The notes beneath the pieces are model-generated. The model had not been told where the DNA came from and made no database searches. It saw only the letters and a program-made list of their open reading frames with translations. 64,000 bases of DNA from Epiperipatus broadwayi. Its lineage: Eukaryota; Animalia; Onychophora. How positions within the stretch are numbered: the stretch's first letter is position 1; each line of letters starts with the position of its first letter. Both the position numbers and the translations under genes were made by a program. The stretch is from positions 5,394,001 to 5,458,000 of the forward strand of contig JAQFVV010000004.1 of the NCBI GenBank assembly GCA_028023455.1, read 5' to 3'. This document shows positions 13,670 through 27,426 of the stretch, one piece after another.

Positions 13670-14480
13670 GCAGCTCCCTCTATATAATAGTGCTACCCAG
13701 TGCAAGCAATAGTAATCAATGGATGCTAGCAGGTTTTTGTATCAAAATCCCTATCTTGTGCATATTCATTCAATATTTCTAGACTAGTTTCTAACTTATG
13801 GCTCTCATCAGTGAGGAACTCAGATCTAAGAGCACTGCACTTAGATCTTTGAATCTAATGTAACCCTGTTAGCTGTCACTTTTTAGCTTTACAGCTGATT
13901 ATAAAACTATAGGCCCAAATTGAAAACACATTAATGTTTTTAATCCAAGCTAATTTGCTTGTACAATCATATGGATCGAACCCAGTTCAACAGATATATA
14001 TTTTGAGGTCTTTGATTTTTTTAATGACCATAGCTACTAAAATCCTTTTACAAGGTTTGGTATTAAACACAAAAAGGAGCATATGGCCATTATTACTTAT
14101 GCTTACACAATCTGTTAAAACAGTAGCAATTCTACAAGTGAATTACTTGGATTGAAAACATTCTTGTATTTTCACTTTGGACTCATAGGCTTATAGTTAA
14201 CTATAAAGAAAAAAGTTAGCTGCTGGGTGGTTACTTTAGATCCATAAATTTAGGCGCAGTGCTCTCAGATCTATGGTTCCTCAGTGATGAGTCATAAGCT
14301 AGAAACTTGTCGGGGGTTCTGGTTGAATAGTTGCTAGATAGGTATTTTGATGCACAAATCTTTTAGCATCCATTGATTACTATAGCTTGCACTTGATGGC
14401 ACTATTAAATGTAGTGAGTTGCTACTGTTTTAACTAATCATGTATGCATTAGAAATGATGGTCTTGTGATGTTTTAGTGG
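13670..14480. mobile_element. Family A HHR-containing repeat, inverted pair
   Basis: Arm ~13670-13990 is reverse-complementary to arm ~14130-14420. HHR motifs at 13768-13826 (-; CTGATGA...GAAA CTAG TC intact, helix I broken) and ~14279-14316 (+; C3G). Confidence 0.85.
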
Positions 14481-14820
14481 TTGAGTGTTACACATATATA
14501 GTGGTGGGTATAAAGAAAAAGAAATAAAGTATTAATTGATAGTTTTAAAAAAGTTGCTATTTTAAAAGTTAAAATGAAACCTAAAGGAATAAAGATAGGA
14601 ATTAAGAAAAAGATGCTTGAAGAAGCTCTCAAAATGTAATAGCTGTATTGTTTATGCATTGATTGATGAATTAATGCTTAATAGATGTTATCATTGTCTT
14701 TATTATTCAAATTCATGATTTAAATTCATATCAGGTGGTTTAAACATTTACAAAAGAATAAAACATTAATAATCGCATAAACAATAAATTAATATATATA
14801 TATGTATATATGCAATTATA

Positions 14821-14954
14821 TAGAGAAATAAGTAATAAGTACGGCCAAAGTGAGGTTAAAATAAATTCATTTATTAATCTGCTGAATTAACATTCGAGAA
14901 TGTCTATTTCAAAGCATAACTAGCACTTTGGCCATACTTATTACTATTTCTCTA
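14821..14954. mobile_element. Small MITE-like element with ~30-bp TIRs
   Basis: tagagaaata-agtaataagtacggccaaagtg ... cactttggccatacttattactatttctcta. The termini are TA, compatible with a Tc1/mariner-type TA TSD. Confidence 0.7.
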
Positions 14955-16212
14955 TTACACACTTTCAACGGTTTTAACTTGTGTTTTATGTATACAATTA
15001 TAATAATTAAATATGCATTATTAATGTAATATCAGAGAGCCAATTTAATAAATTTTTCTTTTTTCTCTCTTAACTTATCATTAAATTTTAAATAAAAAAA
15101 TTTCAAGGCATTGACTTTTATCAGTGTCAGAATTATGAAAAGATTGAGAGAATTTGTTAAATAATCAAAAATTGTTTTTTCTAGCATAATTACAGTACAA
15201 TAAATATATTAGAAACAACTGTCTATTTTTTAGTATTACTAATTCAAATTTGTATATAGATCATGGGCTTAATATTCACTCTAAAGACTGTTACATTATA
15301 TTTCAATTGTGTTTTTTCTTTATGGTCAATACACTCACTTCATTAATGTATTTGTGGTTTAATTTATTCACTATTCAAGTATAACTAGTTGCAAATTCTT
15401 TCGCTATCTGGAAAATAAATAAATAAAAACAGTACCATCAGAACACAACATCTCTGCTTTTGACTCTTTAAGCATTGTAACTTTATAGTCTAATTTTATT
15501 TATAGCACCATTCTTCTGGTTATAAATTTAATAAAATTTTAAATGCTTTTTTTTTTTAAAAAAAAAAAAATCTTATATATAATAGATTAAAATGAATACA
15601 AGTAATATTGATAATAAAATTGGAGTCTATTTTTTTGAAATCTAAAAAAAAATCCTCTAAGAATAAAAATTTCTTTAAACATACTTATGTAAAATTGATT
15701 TTTTTTTTTTGTTGTTATATATATATCCCTTGATTCAGTAAATATTTTATGTAAAGACCTAATTCTACAATATTTTTTTTTAATATAACTTTCAGATATA
15801 CTTCAAAATAATTCCTACAATATTATATTAGAATTCAAATAATCGTAAAACATTTTTAATTTCTTTGGAATACTTGATTTGACTTACATGGTTTCTAGTA
15901 ATAGAATTTCTGTGTATTACCTATTATCAATCCACTACAGAATGAAGCACTTTCCAAGTTTAATCCAGTATCTCTGATCCCTAGTTTCTTTTTTACAGCA
16001 TACCTTCTTATTTAACATTTAATTTCAGATGATGTATTATTACAAATAGTTGAAGTTGACTCTCTTAGAAGAAAATATGAAAACACAAGCTTATCATTAA
16101 TCAATTTTAAGAAGAACCTTTTTTAATTTTTGCCATTAAAATAAGTTGTTTTGAAGTATTTTTATTTATAAAAGAAATTCTGTAAAATTTATTTTATAAA
16201 TACATAATTTTG

Positions 16213-16250
16213 TCCCAGGTTAGCGGGTTCGCTTCCCGGCTGATGCTATG
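16213..16250 (+). mobile_element. Possible tRNA-derived SINE head fragment
   Basis: GC-rich island cccaggttagcgggttcgcttcccggctg with an imperfect B-box (GGTTCGCTTCC) in AT-rich context. No A-box seen. Confidence 0.3.
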
Positions 16251-19200
16251 ACACATGGGAAAAAATATATATATAATTTTAAAATGATTAAAATACTTAT
16301 TTAAAAATTGCATTCAAAAATTTGAGTTTAATACAAGAAAATAGATCAAAGCATAATATGAATTAGCTCCTCATTACGTTACCATAGATTTTTTTTTGAT
16401 CAAAGGACAGAGTTGTTGCAATTGGGGAGAGGGGGGGCTTTTTTGAGAAAAAAAAATTCAAAGAAAAAGAAAATGGAATACATTTTCATGACATTGGGTT
16501 GAATTATCTTCTTCACTGGGATTGGTTTTGCATCTGCAATAATGTCATTGAAATATCACACAAAGCTGGTAAGAAATAGACCAATTACAATAGCTGCTAT
16601 CAGATAATGTGATTAAGATATATATTATCAGAATATCATAGACTACTTATATTTTGAGTTTTTTAATAGTCATGCCATACCAGTTAGTATATCCACTTAC
16701 CATATCTATAATCTGAAATTTGAATCCAATACAAATTGTAAATTTTACAGGTAGCTAGGGATTTTTAAACTCATGTAGATCTTTTTAGATTGGTACATAG
16801 TTATCTATCTATTGACACTAAGGAATAAAATTAATTTGGTGAATTATATTATAATGAGATGTAGCTTTCATTATTAATGAGAGGATCATGTTCTTTTAGC
16901 AGTGGTTTCATGATTTGCTCTACAATTAACACTTTTCAGTTTTATTGTACAAATTTTCTATTTTAGCATTAACATGATTACTAACTGAAATATATATCTG
17001 AATAACTATCAGATCTCTTAGGTATGTTTTAAATGTAATCACCAACAATCTTTCATTTACTGATGTACTATTTATAAAACTTTTTGTTGTTAGATCTAGG
17101 CAATATTTATATCATTATCTTTCTCAACTCAATTACTTTGTTTCACAGAGTTCTACAGTATTTAGCCTTTTTATCTCTAAATTTTTTTGGGGTTTGCTAT
17201 AGTTTCTAATATTATGTGCCTATTTACCTTTTTTTTTTAATCAAATGTCTTCAAATAATGCAGTATTCAATCTGAAATTCCTCTGAAATAGTTTTTCAGT
17301 TGCTATCTCCAGCCACATCATTTATCAATTCTTCTTTATGATTATAAATAATAATGTTAAGAAATTATGGTGGTGTTAATTTTAATTCTCCCATATTTTT
17401 TAATATTATCTGCATTTACTGAAAAATATCTGTTGTGTATATCACTGAAATAAAGCATATATATATATATTTGTAATATACACATGTGATTTTAAAAATG
17501 TATTTTATTACATAAAAACTAATAATACTTTAATAGGGAATCATATTCAGTAATTAAAAAGAATATAAACTTATATTTGAAATCTTAAAAATAATAAATT
17601 AAACATTTAATGCTTAATAATACATCAAAATTATATTCATTTAAACTAAAGAGAATCTTATTCTGACAAATTAGAAATAAACAATATCCTATGCTTTAAT
17701 TTCAAAAAAGTTTCAATGACTGTCAAAAAATTACTTTTTATTTTTAGTTTACTAATCTGGACTAACATAAATATAACTAAAGATATAATTGTTCTTCTCT
17801 TAGTATGACTTTATAAGAAGTATGTGTTTACTAAGAAATAGTACTAGCTACATAAATATTAATAATGAATTTAATTAAATTTTATTTTAAGATTTGTTGC
17901 TAAATCTTATTATTATAGCAAAATTATTGTGTGTTTATTTTGTTTTTTATTAACTGTAAAACTTTTTTTAATGTCCATTGACTTTTTTTAAAGTCATGTT
18001 TTTATTTTTAGAATTCTTAATAAATATTTTTTTTCTTTATTTCTGATGAAATTTAACAGCTAACATATAATTTAGAATTTTTACATTTCATAGGGAGTCC
18101 CCTCCCCCCCAATTTTTCAATTAACCTTTTTGTAATGCTATCCATGCATGGTGTGTGCAATTTTAGATTAACATACTAAAAATATAAAGCTATTTATTTT
18201 TGAACTTTTTAAATCCTGTCTAAACTAATAGGTTAAACTTAAAAGCAATTACACTTGATTCTAAATATAATTATGAGTTGAAAGAGGAAAAAAAGCAATT
18301 ATGTTTATATATTTGCTGGTTGTACTTTATTTCAGTTTACAATTTGAATATAAACTTTTTCAGAATGTATCAAAATTGTTCTGATACATTTATTATATAT
18401 AAATTTACTGTCCTGCATTAGCAGGTATGTCTTTAAGTATATTTTTTTATTCACGATTCTGATCATTTATCTCAGAATATTTATATACAGAAGATCTCCA
18501 ACAAAAATAAAAGAATTATAAATTTAGTTTGCCACTTTTTAATACAAAATTGACCTGTTCCAGTAATAGATATCCAAAATTCAATTGTATGTTTAACATT
18601 TTGTCATGTTGTAACTGGGAAGTTTGCATTTAATTGATATTGTTATCATTGCAGAGATGTGAAAGCTTTTAATTTGGTCACCATAAGTATATTTTTCTTT
18701 TTTTTCTCTGGCAATCTCATGGCTTTAAATATTTCCATGAATCAATGATCTCAATACCTTCTAGATTTTTTTAAAAAATGTTTTCATAAGAGGTAGAAGG
18801 TATGCTTTCCTAATAGCTTGACCTATTGAACACATAATGTGGGCTAATATTTATTAAACTGCACTATATATGTCTCTGGGTGTGTAACAGAGTCTAATAC
18901 TCAATTTACATGTTTTTCAGGGGAACTTGGGTTTTAAATTTCTAAGATTTTTTAACTTGTCATTGTTTGAATTTATTGTTTTTTTTGCCTAATATACTTC
19001 TGATATTTCCACATCATAATCATAGTACATAAATATATATTTCATTGTGTGAATAGAATTTATAAATTAGTAAAAATTATATTCGTTTTTTACTGATTTT
19101 AACATTTTTAGGATGTTAGTTCATTAAACTTTTTGAATATCCAATAAACCACATTTTTATTTTCGCATCATCTTTCTCCTCATAAGACTATCTTAATTAT

Positions 19201-22200
19201 TTTCAACTTAAAAGTATATTGTCTAAAATCTACTTTTATACAATGGTACAATTGTTTTGTTTCATGGTAAATGAACATGATTTGGTTGGTCCTCAATACT
19301 ACTCCAATATTATCAGTTTAGTTGATTTCTTCTCTAAGACTAAAAAAATAATTTGATCTTCATTTTCAAATGTCTGATAATTTCTAACAGACATCATTTG
19401 ATTCTTTTGAAAACAAGATATTTGATGCATCTTTGTGTGTCTGAATGCTAATTTTTTATAATAGTATTTACTTTGATATTCTGACAAGTAAAAATAAATT
19501 GTGATCTCATTTTCCCATAAATGTAAAGTCAGTTAAGCAGAAAATGACAATTGAAGACAAGGAGTACTAACAATCATTGGATTACAGATTTAATCTCCCC
19601 TTTGATGATAATTTTTTATTTGATTAATTTCAATTGTAGATCACTTTTTAATATAAATAAATAAATAATGGCACCAATTGGAAGAAAAGTTTTATGATGT
19701 TAAATGAGACATTGTCAAACTCTATGAAATTAGAAGGGAAAAGTTCAGTTTATTTGGAAAGTGAGCATGTAATTTGCTATGTTAACTCACCAATTTTGAA
19801 AGAACAAACATAGGATTCATTATTTTAAAAAAACAACATGTGACTGACATTGTGCAGACTGATATCATATTTTGACATAATATTTATTTATTTTAATAAA
19901 ATATAACTAATATAAATAACTGTTTTATACTCCAACAAATTCTCATTTTCACAAAAAAATCAATGACTATTATGGTTGTAGAGTCCTTTTGAATAGACCA
20001 AACAATATTTTTAAGTTATCGTAGAAACAAATCTATTTCCCCACATTTCTAAAAATATGGCAAAATCAAAAACACATGAAATGTTGTATATGATAATCTA
20101 ATACTATCAAATTGGTAGAATAATGCTTGACAATCTCATTTAACATCTTTTTACTATAATGGTGCTGTTTTTAGATTATGTACACAAGCAATTTTCAGCA
20201 ATATTTACTGGCAACCATTAAGTGTCAATCTGTTTACAACATTCATATGTATATCTGGTGATTTTCCAAATTATAAATTAGTAAGCAATGTGCTTAGTAT
20301 TAATATTTAATATTTTTAATTAAACATGGTAAAAAGAAAAACCATAGGCAAAATTAATCCATTCACAAAAGTAGTATGCATTGAGAATAGAATATTAGAA
20401 TAAATAAATATAAAATTTTGTTTGAAATATATTTATTTACAATATCTAATTCAGCACATATATCATTTTCAATTGCTATTTATGCTTGTTTACAAACTTT
20501 TGTGAAATATTACTCATAAATATGCCTTATCTAAACTTATTATCAGCGATGGTATGATTTTATTCACAGAATAGTTGCTATTGTTTCTAAGATTATAATT
20601 TGATTCATGCAAGTCTAGTGTTCTTAAGTGTACATAAGTGAATGTACATTGTGTAATTAGTAGATACAATTTAATATATTTTGTAATTTATTAAATAAAA
20701 ATAAATTTATATCTGAACGTTTTGAAGCAGGCTCTTAAATTAAGTAAATGAGGCATAAGTTATAAACGTAGACAGTTATTTAATATTGATTCTTCAAAAA
20801 ATTAAAACTATCATTACAGTAAAGAGAAGTGTCTAAGTGAAATTTATTCTTGTGAATACTAAAACAGTAAATAATAATTGAATGATTTATTGCTTGAAAG
20901 TTCATAAAAAATTTGAGCACCAAAAGTGACATCTGGAACTACAATTTATGGGCTTTAAACTCATCTGCTACTCCATCACTGCACTAACTCACACATGGCA
21001 CTAAAACAATTGGAAAATCTAATAGTCTTATTGCAGAAATGGAAACATTTTTAAGTTTCGACAATAATTTCAATAAAGGTAAGAATAATTATTTAGATTT
21101 ATAAAATTAAGTTGTCTTCATAATATTATAATTGGAATGAATTGACTGGTTCCAAAAGTTATTTTATTTTAATTTATTTTATCATAATATTGTTTATTTA
21201 ATTTTGTTTATAAATTTTTAATTAAATATGTTGAACAAATGTAATAATTAATGAATTATGAATAATTAGTTAAATATAACCTAATAAAATAATATTACAT
21301 TAATGTAACTTTTGCACCACTTTGTATAATAGTAATAATATGTTTGTGATTAGGCATTTTGGAATAAAAAAAAATCCCAATATATTTCACAATAAATTTC
21401 TCTTAATTGTGGAAAATTCAATTCTTTATTCTGCCTTTAATGAGAAGTATAATTCAAAACCCTGACTTAAAAAAATTATTTGTATAATTTTTTTGGATAG
21501 AAATGTAGACTTTTTATTTTTTTTTTTTTTTGCATTTTATTTATGACATTAATAGCAGTGTGTATAAAAAATTTAACATGCTCCAAGTTGATAATTATAA
21601 TTTTTTTTACATTGTTTCTTATCTAAACGTTTTGCATTTTTGTTGCTAAAACTTAGCATTATAATCTGCTGTATGAATTGAAGACTATTACTTTTCATAT
21701 TATTCAAGATTATTGACATGATTATACAGTCATGGATTTAAAAGTGAAGTATCTAGTTTTATATTTGTTTTCTATTCTTTCAAATCTTTAACTATTATTT
21801 AAAGGTGCAGTTATAAATTGAAACAGAGACCAATTAAAGTTTTTGTTTGATGTCAAATCAATGATTTATTATTCAATTTTTTGCTATTTTTGTTGTTGTT
21901 GTTGTTGTTGTTATAATAACTATATGTCATGAATAATTGAGAAATTTTTATTCATCTGATTGTTCCAACCTACTGTTAAAACTTCACATTTTTATGTAAT
22001 TCTTCAGAAACGTTTTTGCCTTCTTTTCTAAATATATATTTTTATCTCTAGGATTATCTTTCTACCTAACAATAATAATGTCAGTGAATTCTAATTATAT
22101 TAAACCATAAATGATTTCATAAATGTGTAAAACTTTTTTTTCTTTTTGTTTTAAATTGTGTTTTCTTTAGCATGTATATAGAACTTCAAATATGGGTATA

Positions 22201-22615
22201 TAAATTCTATGAGAGAAAATGAATTATTTTAAGCTTGCATGCACAGAAAGTTATTCAAATTTAAAAAAATTATGTTCACACTTTTTTAAAAAAACGAAAG
22301 GGATTGATGTAGATAATATTCTTTTGCATGTCTTTTTGTCATGCCATATTTTTAAAATATTGGTTTATAAAGTTATTAAAAGAGAACATATGACAGTCTT
22401 ATTAGTAGTCTAAATTTTTTGGTGATTTTTTTTAAAAAATAAGAAAATTTCATGCTTAAAATACTAAAAAAGTAAACTATATATTTTGGAAAACTAGTTA
22501 CAAGTTATCACATGATAATCAACTATTCTATTTGGTCATAGTATTCTATTATCTCTATTGATGGGAATATATGGGATGGTTTTTTTTTTTTTGTGTGCGC
22601 ATGCATCTTTTTATA

Positions 22616-22745
22616 CTCTTCTATGTTGTTCTTTATTCTAAGATCAGTCAACACAGAGTAAACACAATAACTTATAAAGGAAGTTTTTGAGTATCAAAAA
22701 TGGTAAACTAAGTGACTATCATAAAAGATGATGTAATTCTCCTTA
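22616..22745 (+). repeat. Dispersed repeat fragment, second copy at ~25687-25812
   Basis: Both sites share ttcttctatgtt...aaaggaagttttt...caaaaatggtaaac...ctatcataaaagatg.tgtaattct. Confidence 0.7.
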
Positions 22746-22837
22746 TTAGTGAGATAAGTGAATGCTTAGATATTCAAAATTAATTAATAAGTATATATAT
22801 GGTTATTTTAAATAAGAATATATGAGATTAAAAAAAA

Positions 22838-23088
22838 TTAAATGCTTTTATTGACTGTGCACTAAAAAGAAATCTTTTGAGTTTTTAGATTAACTTGAAA
22901 TAAAAGCATTGGGGGGGGGGGGGTCCAGAAATTAATTAAGTCAGTCTCTTGTTATAAAAAATAGGGATTAACTTAATTAATTTCTGGACTCATGCTTTTA
23001 TTTCAAGTTAGACCTAGAAACTCCACTTGTAGTTAAAGAAACAATTATTTTATTTATTTTTAGTGCACAGTCAATAAAAGCATTTAAT
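22838..23088. mobile_element. Foldback/MITE-like palindrome (~250 bp)
   Basis: Nested inverted pairs: attaaatgcttttattgactgtgcactaaaaa / tttttagtgcacagtcaataaaagcatttaat; taacttgaaataaaagcat / atgcttttatttcaagtta; gtccagaaattaattaagt / acttaattaatttctggac. A G-run interrupts the left arm. Confidence 0.8.
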
Positions 23089-23135
23089 AATTTAAAAAAT
23101 TCTCTATTATTTTTAAGTTTTAGTATTGACACAGT

Positions 23136-24366
23136 GGTAATACATCGTCTATTGATCCACACTGTGCGATGGCGCTGTTTCTATGCTAAAGCACATAAAT
23201 ATGCTGTTTATAAGGCTGCTCATAGATCTTACGGCCTGTAAACTGTTCAAACACTAAGATGTTGAAGTGCACCCTTACCCCAACATCTCTAGCATGTTGA
23301 ACATTATTAGCGACGAGTATGCAACACTTTCTATAGATATTACTCTTGATTATTGTACAGCGTATGATATGAAGGTTTCTGTAGTTGTAATGATGAAAAG
23401 TATATTAGAACGGATTTTTTTTTTTTTTGCTTAAATGTATTGTAATTGATGTTAGTAAAAATTGTAACGACTTGTCAAACGCCCCTACTTTCGTTGTCAG
23501 GGATCAGAATTCATGAAATGAGGAGTGGAAATCACGATTTGGCAAAATTCACGATCAAGTCGTACACTTTTCAAGATCAAAACAGTTCAGTGGCAGACCA
23601 CCATATGGCATTGTAGTTTTGAGATTTACCTGCTACAGAAGCAGATGCGGTGGCCTTCCTTCAACCCCCAAAAAAGAAAAATATTTTACACACCCAGAAA
23701 AACTGTCATTGTGGTGGTTGAATGAAATTAAGGTGTTGTCAAACATCTGAAATGGAATGTCAATCGCATCAATGTCGACGAAGGTGTTCCATTCGCTCGC
23801 TCATGGAACGGGCTTTGAGGGCTGTTGAATCGCTTTTTCGCAAGTGGTACGGCTAATTTATTCTTGAAGCCAGGATCAGCTTACAGTGAAGCATATTAGA
23901 GCTGAGTTGGAAAGGTGTCAAAATGCCATAAGGGATATGATGACAGGTCTTAGAGAGATCTGTCGAGAAAGCCTTGTTGTTTCTCGATAAAAAATAAAAA
24001 GTTTCTTCAAAAACAATCAAAAAGACTTGGAACAACAACAAAAAAAAAGTTTATTTAAAAAAAATATAAAAAAAGACCGGATAAAAAGAAATTTTTGTTT
24101 GTTTTTTTTTTAAAAAAAAGAGGACAGAATATTTTAAAAAGCCAAAAAATAAATAAAACCCCATTATTTTATATTTAAGAAATATACATCAAACTGGTTA
24201 CAAAAAAAAAAGCAACAACAAAAAAAATCATAAAAATCAAGCAAATCCAAAAATTAAAAACATAAATCAAACAAAATTTCAAAATAGCCCAGTAACGTTA
24301 TATCTAATTGTTTTTCACTAGCAATAGCACCATAGAGTGGTATGGGAAATTAGACGATGCATTACC
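23136..24366 (+). mobile_element. Merlin (IS1595/ISXO2-related) DNA transposon, internally deleted
   Basis: TIRs GGTAATACATCGTCTA / TAGACGATGCATTACC (imperfectly ~48 bp). Perfect 8-bp TSD GACACAGT at 23128-23135 and 24367-24374. Internal frames give LPATEADAVAFLQ, KTCHCGG*MKL and CQSHQCRRRCSIR (N-terminal Zn ribbon). No DDE region is recognisable. Confidence 0.88.
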
Positions 24367-25946
24367 GACACAGTAAAAATGTAAAACTATATTGTACTTT
24401 AAATTGACTGGACACTTAATAGATTATATATATATCATTAGATATTTCTGCTATAAATTAAAATGTATACCCTTATGTATATATCATATTTAGTATGTGT
24501 ACATAATACATGTATATATATTGTAAATGAACTTCACTTGATAAATATAATTTTATTTTAAATCAATATCACACATATAGTGTATATAAGTCTTTAGATA
24601 TTTCTGCAGTAAGTTAATATATATATATACTTTTAATGTATACCAGTATATTATATTTAGTATATGTACATAATTATATAAGTATAATAAATCATTAACT
24701 AAGTTTTCTATTTAAAATTGTTTGATAGTTTCAATTTTTATTTTAAAACAATTGTTTTAAATAATTATCACAAGTTTTCTACTTCAGCTTTTTTTTTTAA
24801 ACAATTGTTTTAAAATAAAAATAAAAACTATAGAAAATTTAGTTACATAAAATAATTATGTACATATATTAAATATGATATATACATTAAGTGTTTAAAA
24901 TGGTTAAAAAAATGTTATTAAATTAAAATAAAAAAATATTTATACTGCCTGGACTATTATTTAAAATAAATCAAAAGTTATAAAAATAATTGTTAACTGC
25001 AATATGTGAAATTACTGAATATTTTTAATAGTTTTCTGCTCTCTGTTCTATATTTAAGAAACTAGTTCACATGCTGAAAAGATATGTGTTCCAAATTAAT
25101 TAGGTGATATAGTGTAGTTATATATTAATTTTCAAGCAATTCTTTTGAATTAAATATATTAAACCTCGATTTTAAAATTTCATTCTAACATGAAAAAGAC
25201 CAAAAGTTAACAAACAAACCGATTTTCCCACTTCAATAAAAACATTTAAAAAGTGCATTATCTTGAATAATTTATGTATACACACACACATACTTATTAT
25301 TATTAAAGCAAATCAAAATCTTTGTGTAAAAAAGCTAAATAAATTACAAAAATAGTTGGCAAGTAATGGTAACTTATCACCAGTGGTAATCATTGGTTTA
25401 TAATTTTTATATGTGTTTTTGATATGTATGTTAAGTATATTAAGACATACTTATTAATAAAGATAAGAGATTACTAGGGCCACATAAGACAGTTGATCAT
25501 CATTAATGGTAGCTTGCCACTGTTTTACAGTATATATAGTTACTGTATAAGATTTTATTAATTTTTCAGTATTTTAAATCAGTCATGAATAAAATCCAGA
25601 AAGAAAACAAGAATTTTCAGATTGTCAATAAATTTAGCATATGTTTTCTAATACCCATCAGCAGGATAGTTTTTTTTTTGTTTATATTCTTCTATGTTAA
25701 TCTTCATCCTAAGATTATTAAGGACAGAGCAACTACAACAATTTAGAAAGGAAGTTTTTAGGTGCCAAAAATGGTAAACCAAATGGCTATCATAAAAGAT
25801 GTTGTAATTCTATTTAACCATACTGAATCCTTTGATATGAATGTACTTCATAATAAAAATGTGTTGGAATATCATCCTGATAGTAAACAAAACTCAGCCT
25901 ATTACTTAATCATATGTAGGTTTAATAATTTTGTTAATGTATCTAG

Positions 25947-26763
25947 TAATTAATAATTTGTTAAGCACATACTCATTACCTAAGTAATATATATTAAGGC
26001 TATAATCTTGCACCTAGATGCAACAGTAGGGACCTCTACAAATCTTAACACATAACTTTAAAAGACAAAAGTGGCCACTCTTACCTTCAACCTACTTTTT
26101 AATTATATAGGTGAATCTAAAGCATTTTGATTTGAGATTGTGAAGCTATTAACTACTTTACTTATTACATCCACAATTTCTATACAAGCTAATGTATGCT
26201 AAATCTTTCGATTTACAGTGAGTCAGTGCGAAGCTCTTATAATTAGAAATCTCTTAAGACAGTTTAAAGTTGTAATTAATAATTTGTTAAGCCCATGTAG
26301 GTCGAAGATAAAAGTGGCTGTTCTTGTCTTTTGAAATCGTTAATCTTGTATTAAGATTGTAAAGGTCCCTACTGTTGCATCTAGGTGCATAGTCTTAAGG
26401 TAATAGCCTTAATTTATATATTACTTAGTAATGAGTATGCGCTCAGCAAATTATTAATTACAACTTTAAATTGTCTTAAAAGATTTCTAATTATAAGAAC
26501 TTCACACTGACTCACTGTAAATGGAAAGATTTCGCATACATTAGCTTGTATAGAAATTGTGGACTTAATCAGTGAAGTAGTTAATAGCTTCACAGTCTCA
26601 AATGAAAATGCTTTAGATTCGCCTATGTAATTAAAAAGTAGGTCAAAGGTAAGAGTGGCGCTCTTGTCTTTTAAAGTCATTAATCTTGTGCTAAGATTTG
26701 TAGATATCTCTACTGTCGCATCTAGGCACATAGTTTCAAAGTTATAACCCTGATATATATTAC
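25947..26763. mobile_element. Family C non-coding element: one forward unit plus an inverted 1.3-mer, with direct flanking repeat
   Basis: 25947-26295 is reverse-complementary to 26300-26763, in which part of the unit recurs in tandem. TTAATGTATCTAG flanks both ends (25934-25946 and 26764-26776). Confidence 0.8.
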
Positions 26764-27367
26764 TTAATGTATCTAGATAATGTGACTCATTTCCAATTTA
26801 TCTAATGATATAAAAAAGTCCATAAACGTTTTCCATAAGACATTTTGCAGGATATATTCGGCCTTGCTGAAATATTTTTTTCATTATAAGTAGAAATTTC
26901 CCATGCCCATTATGCAATTATATGAAACTCCCAGTTGACAGTAAATCATGAGATAATGCTACCAGGGATATCAATCTTATGACTAATATTACAGCTTTTA
27001 CTAATGAGTTATTTCATGTTAAACTAGTTCATCTTTCATGCAATTTGTACATGATAATTGCAAATATAAAGATATAAAAGAAAAAGAAAAAACATTTTAA
27101 TAGTCACTGCAATGCAAATTCTCTCTAAAGATCCTTCAAAGAATAACAATAATAAAGAAGACATTACTTACCAAGATTACCAATTCCTGGATAATAAGAG
27201 TTCTAGGGTTTTTACATCTTTGTTTTACTTTACATCACATGATCACTATTTCTTATGCTTCCTCATAACTGTTATTAAAACATGCTAAACTCTCCATACA
27301 GTAGTGCTGCTCAGTGCATGCCAGACTAATCAATGGATGCCAGAAGGCTTGTGCATAGTGCCTACTC

Positions 27368-27426
27368 ATCCAATATCCCCAGACTAGTTTCTGGCTTGTG
27401 ACCTTCATCATTGAGGAACCTTGGAT
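27368..27426 (-). ncRNA. Type I hammerhead ribozyme motif (family A), C3A variant
   Basis: Minus strand: ATCCAA GGT TCCTCA ATGATGA AGGTC ACAA GCCA GAAA CTAG TC TGGGGA TA TTGGAT. Helix I has 6 bp, an internal loop and another 6 bp; the helix III region is the palindrome CTAG. Confidence 0.7.

Noticed and set aside
24430-24680. Degenerate ~165-bp tandem duplication (also a 2 x ~32-bp repeat at ~58145-58205)
   Set aside because: Ordinary local AT-rich duplications with no further structure.
26414-26731. 105-aa ORF containing YIGES, suggestive of a GIY-YIG nuclease
   Set aside because: No upstream GIY/VVY strand, no CxxC and no downstream R..EH motif. The homologous copy at ~26100 has stops.
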